Shown here: positions 57,958 through 64,000 of the stretch, piece by piece
How the letters are laid out: every line of letters starts with the position of its first letter
Numbering within the stretch: position 1 is the stretch's first letter
Origin: an uncultured Nitrospinaceae bacterium
GTDB taxonomy: Bacteria > Nitrospinota > Nitrospinia > Nitrospinales > VA-1
Direction: 5' to 3'
Length of the DNA stretch: 64,000 nucleotides
Assembly (NCBI GenBank): GCA_964584125.1
Contig: CAZOYP010000001.1
Span: 54,952 to 118,951, forward strand
Notes under the pieces: generated by a model
The model's input: only the letters and a program-made list of their open reading frames with translations
Database searches by the model: none
Told to the model about the DNA's origin: nothing
Position numbers and translations under genes: made by a program

Positions 57958-58386
57958 ATGAGTAATACTGAAATAGATATCCTTGAAAATTATATATCGG
58001 AAAATAACCTAAAGATAACCAAGCAGCGACGAACTGTTTTAAAGGCCTTTCTTGAATGTAATAATCATATTAGTGTTGAAGAGTTGTACAACACTGTTTT
58101 AAAAACTGAACCTAGAGTTGGACTAGCAACTGTTTATCGTACTTTAGCCCTACTGACTAAAAGTGGGTTGGCTTTGGAAATGGACTTTGGTGACGGCCAA
58201 AAAAGGTATGAGAGTACACACAATATTGTCCATCACGATCATATGGTATGTACTGAATGTGGAAAAATTATTGAATTTAATCATCCCTTGATTGAAAAAT
58301 ATCAGGAAGAAGTAGCAAAAAAAAATAGCTTCAAAATTACTTCCCACAAACTTGATCTTTTTGGCTACTGTACAGACTGCAAGTAA
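57958..58386 (+). CDS. Fur-family metalloregulator (Fur/Zur/PerR not distinguishable)
   Basis: It has an N-terminal wHTH (ATVYRTL) and the motifs HHDHMVCTECGKIIEF and GYCTDC. Confidence 0.85.
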   Translation: MSNTEIDILENYISENNLKITKQRRTVLKAFLECNNHISVEELYNTVLKTEPRVGLATVYRTLALLTKSGLALEMDFGDGQKRYESTHNIVHHDHMVCTECGKIIEFNHPLIEKYQEEVAKKNSFKITSHKLDLFGYCTDCK

Positions 58387-58436
58387 AGAATATTATTAAT
58401 AATCCATCTAAAAAACTATTAATGAGGTGTTGTTAC

Positions 58437-59312
58437 TTAAGGGATTGCACTGATTGATTGCGCACAACGAAAACCTACATAATTGTATATTTCATTCACT
58501 ACCTGGCCAAATGTTGTTACCTTTGGGAAAACCTTATTCTTAGGGTGCAACCAAGTTCGATTAGTTATGCGTAAGCCACCTGCAGATGAATCAAAAGCAC
58601 CTCCGCGAACTACCTTAAAGTCTCCTTTTGCAACACCTGTTGGGTTTAACTGCTTGCCCCGGGGATAAGCTGCATCGTACCAATCAGCAACCCATTCCCA
58701 AACATTCCCCATCATGTCATAAGCACCAAATTGATTGGGTTTTTTTTGACCAACAACGTGAGTTTGACCATTTGAATTGTCTTCAAACCAAGCATATTCC
58801 TCATTCATCATATTACCCCAATAGTATCTCGCATCAGCATGGCCCCTTGCGGCATATTCCCATTCGGCTTCGGTAGGTATACGGCATCCTATATTTTCTG
58901 CATATTCTTGAACATCATAAAAAGTAACCTGTTCGACTGGCCGGCTAGATCCAATGAACTTTGATGGGTTAAAGCCCATTACTTTTTCCCAACGATCCTG
59001 GGTAACCTCGTATTTATCCAGATAAAAATCGTCAATACAAACTTCATGCTCTGGAGATTCATCGACCTGAGCAAAATTATTACCTAAAACAAAACAACCT
59101 CCTTTTATAAAAATCATTCCTTTAGGTGCTTTACTTGCGATTATTTCATCCTCTGGAGACACTCTTATTGGTTGAAACTTAAAACTCTCCTGCAAATCAT
59201 CAGAAATGGGTATGTCATCCAGATTACTTGCAGAACCACCTAACTCCTCAGATGAGCAAGCAAGATTTAAAATGAAGAATAGAGAAAGTAATATATTTCT
59301 TAAATTATGCAC
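58437..59312 (-). CDS. Exported (possible lipoprotein) SUMF1/FGE-sulfatase domain protein, paralog of 16798-17559
   Basis: The signal has Cys (LNLACS). Motifs IPTEAEWEYAARG, PNQFGAYDMMGNVWEWVADWY, RGGAF and GFRCA are present. Confidence 0.8.
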   Translation of the reverse strand: MHNLRNILLSLFFILNLACSSEELGGSASNLDDIPISDDLQESFKFQPIRVSPEDEIIASKAPKGMIFIKGGCFVLGNNFAQVDESPEHEVCIDDFYLDKYEVTQDRWEKVMGFNPSKFIGSSRPVEQVTFYDVQEYAENIGCRIPTEAEWEYAARGHADARYYWGNMMNEEYAWFEDNSNGQTHVVGQKKPNQFGAYDMMGNVWEWVADWYDAAYPRGKQLNPTGVAKGDFKVVRGGAFDSSAGGLRITNRTWLHPKNKVFPKVTTFGQVVNEIYNYVGFRCAQSISAIP

Positions 59313-59515
59313 TGTTTTTAGGGATTTTTGAAAAGGTTGATACTATCACTCAGGACCATTTATACACAACCAAAATATAGTATAAACGACTACGCTCAAA
59401 ACTTGGTTATTTCTAGTCCAAATGCTCTAGAAAACCATTAAATTTGCTTTAAAAATATATATTTTTGCCGATAAGCCTTACTAATAGTAGTAATTTTAAT
59501 AAAACTGCGATAATC

Positions 59516-62026
59516 ATGGGTCTATTAAATCGAAAAACTTCAAACTACTGCAATCTCTTTATCTTCTTATCCTTGCAAGTAGCTCTATCCAGTTGCTCTA
59601 ATATAAAAAACATTGCAAGCCCTTTAGATATAACAAAATCTTTAGAAGCAAAAAATAAATTGGTCTCAAACTTAAGTACCAAGTCTTCATCTAACCGTGA
59701 CCTAGAGTTTGCTGTTCAACAATTTAATCAAAATAGATTTGAAGTAGCTGAGTTTTACCTAAAAAAAACACTTTTAAAGTTCCCAGACAATCCAACAGCA
59801 ATAAGGCTTTTACCTTGGACCTACTTTTATCAAAAAAATTATGTCAGAGCCTTAAAAACTTTTAAACGCACTAAAGCACTTCATAAAAAAAGCCCAGAAC
59901 CATTAGTGGGAATGGGTTGGTCCTATTTCGCTTTAAGAAAGTATGAAAAAGCAATAAAACAATTCAAGTATGCCAAAAAACTTAATGGAGATCTTTATCA
60001 AATCAATAAAGGAGAAGGATTTGCTCTTCTAAAACTAAATAAAAAATCTGAAGCAAAAGAGAGTTTTTCTAAAATATATAGTCCTTCCCAGCTTAAAATT
60101 ATTTTTGAACTATGGGTCTCTTGGCATGAAAAAAATACGGATGAATTAATTAATATTCTTCCAACTTCGACACAGCCAATATCATTATTCACTCTTCCAA
60201 CAGAATTTCCAAGATATCAAAGTCTATTAATGGGGTTACCGAGTGATATAAACCCCTTCATTAATATTGCATGGAACGCATTTTCTAAAGGTAAATTCAA
60301 AAAAGCTTTAGGTATATTTGAAGATATATCCATGGATGATAGGTCACCCGATATAAAAAATGGATTAGCCTGGAGTCTTCTTAAAAAAAATGAAATTAAA
60401 GAAGCTTCGTTACTATTTGAGGAAATACTGCAGACGTGGCCAAATTTTATTGGGGCTATTAAAGGAAAAGATGAAATTGAGAAAATAAAAAGAAAGCAGG
60501 CTCTCCATGCAGATCATTATTTTGATATGAAAAAATTAGGTATAGCTGAAAAAAAATATCACGAAATAAAAAATAGATACCAAAATTGGAAGTATCCTTA
60601 TATTCAATTGGGAAAATTAAAGTTGGCTCAGAAAGATTATTTATACTCACGCGAATATTTTTTAGATGCACTAGATCTTGCCCCAAATGACATGGAAGCA
60701 AAAGCAGGAATTGAAGAGGTGAGAAAAGTAATCGATGTAAATCTTTATCAAGCCGACCTGGCATTAAGGTCAGGTAAATATAAAAAAGCGGCGATGCTTT
60801 ACGCTAACTATATTGAAGAATACAAACCAAATGCTACTTCTTTTCTAGACTCCCATAAAACACTAGTTTATTTAGGGTTTATGGACAATCCTTGGAGAGA
60901 ATACTCTATGGATCAGAAACCAAGCGATCCACCTATTTCACTTTTTTCCAAAATTATGAACAAGCTTGGACTAATAGATTCAATCTCAAAAAATACTTCC
61001 CCATTGATACCATCAAGTGATACTTCTCTCGCACATGCATATAATGGACTTGGCTGGAGTCAATACCACAAAAAAAAATATTTTCAGGCAGCTGAAAAAT
61101 TCAGGATCGCACGTTCTGATCGAGAATATTATATAGAGTCTTCTAGAGGCCTAGGCCTCTCATTATATGAAGCAGGTCAATTTAGACATGCAGCAAATAC
61201 TCTTAAACTTGTCGCTAAATTAAACCCAGATCAAAATCTAGTTTATAAATTGGATATGAGTATATTAATGGGGTGGGATGCTGCAAGCGCACGAGAGTAC
61301 TTCTTAAAAAACCTTATTCATTATCCATTGAGAGCTTCCTTGTATATGGGGCTTGGTTGGCTAAACTACAAAGATAGGAATCAGGATTTAGCTATTGAAT
61401 ATTTTCTAAAAGCTATATCACTTGATCCAAGTTTTGCTTTATCTGATGAGTTTAAAACTCTTCTTGCAAAAGAACGTTTTGGTTGGCAGGTATACAATAA
61501 GTTTGGTTGGGCATATTATGAAAAGCTTGATTACACAAATGCGATCTTGATGTTTGAAAATTCATTAAAAAAACAGCCTAATAAATCTGAGTCACGTAAG
61601 GGCATAGGATACGCATTAAACAAAATAGGAAAACTACCACAAGCCGCTAAATACTTAAGTCAGGCACTAGAACTTAACAATGATCCAAATCCGGTAACCG
61701 AAATAATTTCTGGGAACCATACTATTTCACCCTACTCAACTATAACCACCGCTCGTACAACACTAGGCAATATATTTTTAAAGCAAGGCAAACCTTACGA
61801 GGCAATAGAACTATTCCAAGAGGAATTAAAAATTCGACCAAACCTTGCAGTTGCTCAGGATGGACTAGGGTGGTCATACCTTAAGTTAAACCAGCTTACT
61901 CAATCTCGCGCTGCATTTAAAAATGCTTTAAAAAACCAACCCCTTAACTATCTAACTCATAAGGGCTTAAAAGAAGTTAAACAGAAAATTGCTAGCAATA
62001 AATTAAAAATAACTCTTAAACCTTAA
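59516..62026 (+). CDS. Large TPR-repeat lipoprotein
   Basis: ATG at 59516 gives a signal plus a canonical lipobox (LQVALSSCS), whereas the ORF-track TTG at 59465 adds 17 aa upstream. Repeated TPR-like units run throughout (GLGWSYL..., A...F..AL...P). Confidence 0.7.
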   Translation: MGLLNRKTSNYCNLFIFLSLQVALSSCSNIKNIASPLDITKSLEAKNKLVSNLSTKSSSNRDLEFAVQQFNQNRFEVAEFYLKKTLLKFPDNPTAIRLLPWTYFYQKNYVRALKTFKRTKALHKKSPEPLVGMGWSYFALRKYEKAIKQFKYAKKLNGDLYQINKGEGFALLKLNKKSEAKESFSKIYSPSQLKIIFELWVSWHEKNTDELINILPTSTQPISLFTLPTEFPRYQSLLMGLPSDINPFINIAWNAFSKGKFKKALGIFEDISMDDRSPDIKNGLAWSLLKKNEIKEASLLFEEILQTWPNFIGAIKGKDEIEKIKRKQALHADHYFDMKKLGIAEKKYHEIKNRYQNWKYPYIQLGKLKLAQKDYLYSREYFLDALDLAPNDMEAKAGIEEVRKVIDVNLYQADLALRSGKYKKAAMLYANYIEEYKPNATSFLDSHKTLVYLGFMDNPWREYSMDQKPSDPPISLFSKIMNKLGLIDSISKNTSPLIPSSDTSLAHAYNGLGWSQYHKKKYFQAAEKFRIARSDREYYIESSRGLGLSLYEAGQFRHAANTLKLVAKLNPDQNLVYKLDMSILMGWDAASAREYFLKNLIHYPLRASLYMGLGWLNYKDRNQDLAIEYFLKAISLDPSFALSDEFKTLLAKERFGWQVYNKFGWAYYEKLDYTNAILMFENSLKKQPNKSESRKGIGYALNKIGKLPQAAKYLSQALELNNDPNPVTEIISGNHTISPYSTITTARTTLGNIFLKQGKPYEAIELFQEELKIRPNLAVAQDGLGWSYLKLNQLTQSRAAFKNALKNQPLNYLTHKGLKEVKQKIASNKLKITLKP

Positions 62027-62230
62027 CTTAAAAAATAGGCAGAAAAGACAAAACTCTTTTATTGACACCCATATAAAAAAAGGTGATAATAAATGTAATC
62101 AATTGAAATATAAAGCTTTAGTTCTCATGCACTTTTGGGGTGGGGGGTTTGTTGTTCTGTGAGTGGGTGCATTGGCAAATTTACTACTAATCTCTTATTT
62201 TTTCTTCCTATTATAACTTATAAGGAAAAA

Positions 62231-64000
62231 CTAAGTTTTCATCCGATCATATGTAGACTTTAATGACTCTACAACTGAAGGATCTGCAAGCGTAGAAGTG
62301 TCACCCAATTGATCGGATTCATCCGCAGCAATTTTACGTAAAATTCGTCTCATGATTTTTCCAGATCGAGTTTTAGGAAGTCCAGGTGCCCAATGAATTA
62401 TATCGGGAGCCGCGATAGGCCCTATTTCATTTCTAACGAATAATACCAGTTCTTTTCTTAGCCCCTCATTCGATACAACGCCTTCCATTAATGTTACATA
62501 AGCATAAATACCTTGTCCTTTTATCTCATGCGGGAACCCTACAACTGCAGCTTCGGCAACCTTATTATGCAATACTAAAGCCGATTCAACCTCGGCGGTG
62601 CCTATACGATGACCTGAAACATTAATAACATCATCCACTCTACCGGTTATCCAGTAATAACCATCCTCATCTCTGCGACAGCCATCTCCGGTAAAATAAT
62701 AGCCAGGATATAGCTTGAAGTAGGTTTCTTCGAAACGGTCGTGATCTCCGTAAATAGTTCGCATCTGACTAGGCCATGGTTCTTCAATAGCAAGTACGCC
62801 TTCTACACCATTACCCTTTAAAACAGTACCTGTTTCAGCCTCAATAATTACGGGCTTTACTCCAAAAAATGGAAAAGTAGCAGAGCCCGGTTTTGTAGGA
62901 GTGCAACCTGGTAGTGGAGTGATAAGAATCCCCCCTGTTTCTGTTTGCCACCAAGTGTCAACTATAGGGCAACGACCTTTTCCAATATTATTGTGGTACC
63001 ACCGCCATGCTTCCGGATTAATTGGTTCCCCAACAGAACCTAATACTCTAAGCGTAGAAAGACTATAACTTTTAGGTATTTCTATCCCATGGGACATAAG
63101 TGCCCTAATAGCTGTTGGAGCAGTATAAAACTGGGTTACATTTAGGCGGTCAATAATATCCCAAAACCTTCCTGCATCTGGATAAGTAGGAATACCTTCA
63201 AACATTATAGTGGTTGATCCATTTGCTAGAGGGCCATATACAATATACGAATGGCCAGTAACCCAACCAATATCTGCAGTACACCACCAAATATCCCCTT
63301 CTTGATAATCAAAAGTATATTTATGGGTTAATGAAGTAAAAACCATATATCCACCAACATTATGCTGAACACCTTTTGGCTTTCCTGTAGATCCAGATGT
63401 ATAAAGAATGAACAAAGGATCTTCAGCATCCATCTCCTCTGGTTCACACGTAGACGCAACTTTTCTCATTTCTTCATGCCACCAGTAGTCTCGACCTAAA
63501 ATTATTTCCACCGGCATTTTTGATCCAACTCGCTCAACAACTACACAAGTTTTAACCTCCACACCCTTTTTTGAGGCCAATTTAATAGCTTCATCTGCAT
63601 TAGTCTTAACAGGTACTGGCTTTGCCCCGCGAAATGAACCATCCGTTGTAATCAGAAAAGAACAATTAGAATCAACAATCCGGTCTGCTAAAGCAGTTGA
63701 TGAAAACCCACCAAACACAATAGAGTGAATAGCTCCTATTCTTGCGCAAGCCAACATCGCAATAGCTAATTCCGGAACCATAGGCATATAAATAGAGATG
63801 CGATCACCTTTATGAACATCATATTTTTTAAGAACATTAGAAAAACGGCATACCTCAACATATAGTTCGTTATAAGTTAGAGAACGATTTTCTCCCGGTT
63901 CATTGCCTTCCCACAATATAGCTATCTGATCACCTCTGCTTTCAAGATGGCGATCAATACAATTAACAGTTATATTAGTCTTACCACCTTTAAACCACTC
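62231..64000 (-). CDS. acs: Acetyl-CoA synthetase, 5' end outside the window
   Basis: It has [20 protein letters not shown] and [11 protein letters not shown]. The frame continues past the ORF-track start to the window edge ([34 protein letters not shown]). Confidence 0.92.
   Translation of the reverse strand, partial: EWFKGGKTNITVNCIDRHLESRGDQIAILWEGNEPGENRSLTYNELYVEVCRFSNVLKKYDVHKGDRISIYMPMVPELAIAMLACARIGAIHSIVFGGFSSTALADRIVDSNCSFLITTDGSFRGAKPVPVKTNADEAIKLASKKGVEVKTCVVVERVGSKMPVEIILGRDYWWHEEMRKVASTCEPEEMDAEDPLFILYTSGSTGKPKGVQHNVGGYMVFTSLTHKYTFDYQEGDIWWCTADIGWVTGHSYIVYGPLANGSTTIMFEGIPTYPDAGRFWDIIDRLNVTQFYTAPTAIRALMSHGIEIPKSYSLSTLRVLGSVGEPINPEAWRWYHNNIGKGRCPIVDTWWQTETGGILITPLPGCTPTKPGSATFPFFGVKPVIIEAETGTVLKGNGVEGVLAIEEPWPSQMRTIYGDHDRFEETYFKLYPGYYFTGDGCRRDEDGYYWITGRVDDVINVSGHRIGTAEVESALVLHNKVAEAAVVGFPHEIKGQGIYAYVTLMEGVVSNEGLRKELVLFVRNEIGPIAAPDIIHWAPGLPKTRSGKIMRRILRKIAADESDQLGDTSTLADPSVVESLKSTYDRMKT

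Noticed and set aside
1-64000. Search for CRISPR arrays, rRNA/tRNA genes, IS elements, and large direct or tandem repeats
   Set aside because: Reading by eye, I found no spaced short repeats, no transposase- or RT-like ORFs, and no long duplicated segments. The only paralogous pair, the two FGE-domain genes, has diverged at the DNA level.

Overview
This is a visibly AT-rich, densely coding bacterial chromosomal window from a diderm organism. The diderm call rests on lipoprotein signals, an MltD-type lytic transglycosylase, a YbgF/CpoB-like protein and MurJ. I found no rRNA, tRNA, CRISPR array, transposase or prophage.

Most of the window is housekeeping:
- A partial biotin cluster: bioF, an esterase and bioC.
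- A Bacillus-style pyrimidine operon, pyrR-pyrB-pyrC-carA-(unknown)-carB, preceded by a readable sigma70-like promoter, a PyrR-binding RNA hairpin and a terminator.
- nth, coaE, cvpA, murJ and thrH.
- The classic yceD-rpmF-plsX-fabH-fabD-fabG-acpP-fabF-rnc block.
- xerD, fbp, hisS, a Fur-family regulator and a 5'-truncated acs at the right edge.

Several less ordinary loci sit between these genes:
1. An AAA_5/MoxR-type ATPase is tightly linked to a 608-aa uncharacterised partner (31066-33842). This is my best candidate for an undescribed system.
2. A 441-aa protein has a C-terminal HPr phosphocarrier domain, with no PTS genes nearby.
3. A 290-aa unknown gene is translationally coupled between carA and carB.
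4. An orphan flagellar-type module carries a FliL-like gene, an unknown gene, a FliK-like gene and a free-standing FlhB C-terminal-like gene.
5. A Maf/DUF115 glycosyltransferase-like gene lies convergent with an O-methyltransferase.
6. Two SUMF1/FGE-domain paralogs are each divergently paired with a large exported protein.
7. Two aldolase-type genes overlap each other.
8. A start-less remnant of a siroheme-synthase N-terminus is absent from the ORF track.

Several ORF-track starts look over-extended at the N-terminus (pyrR, pyrC, yceD, xerD, the TPR protein and the HMGL-like gene), and I give revised starts. All functional calls rest on motif recognition by eye. No searches were run.
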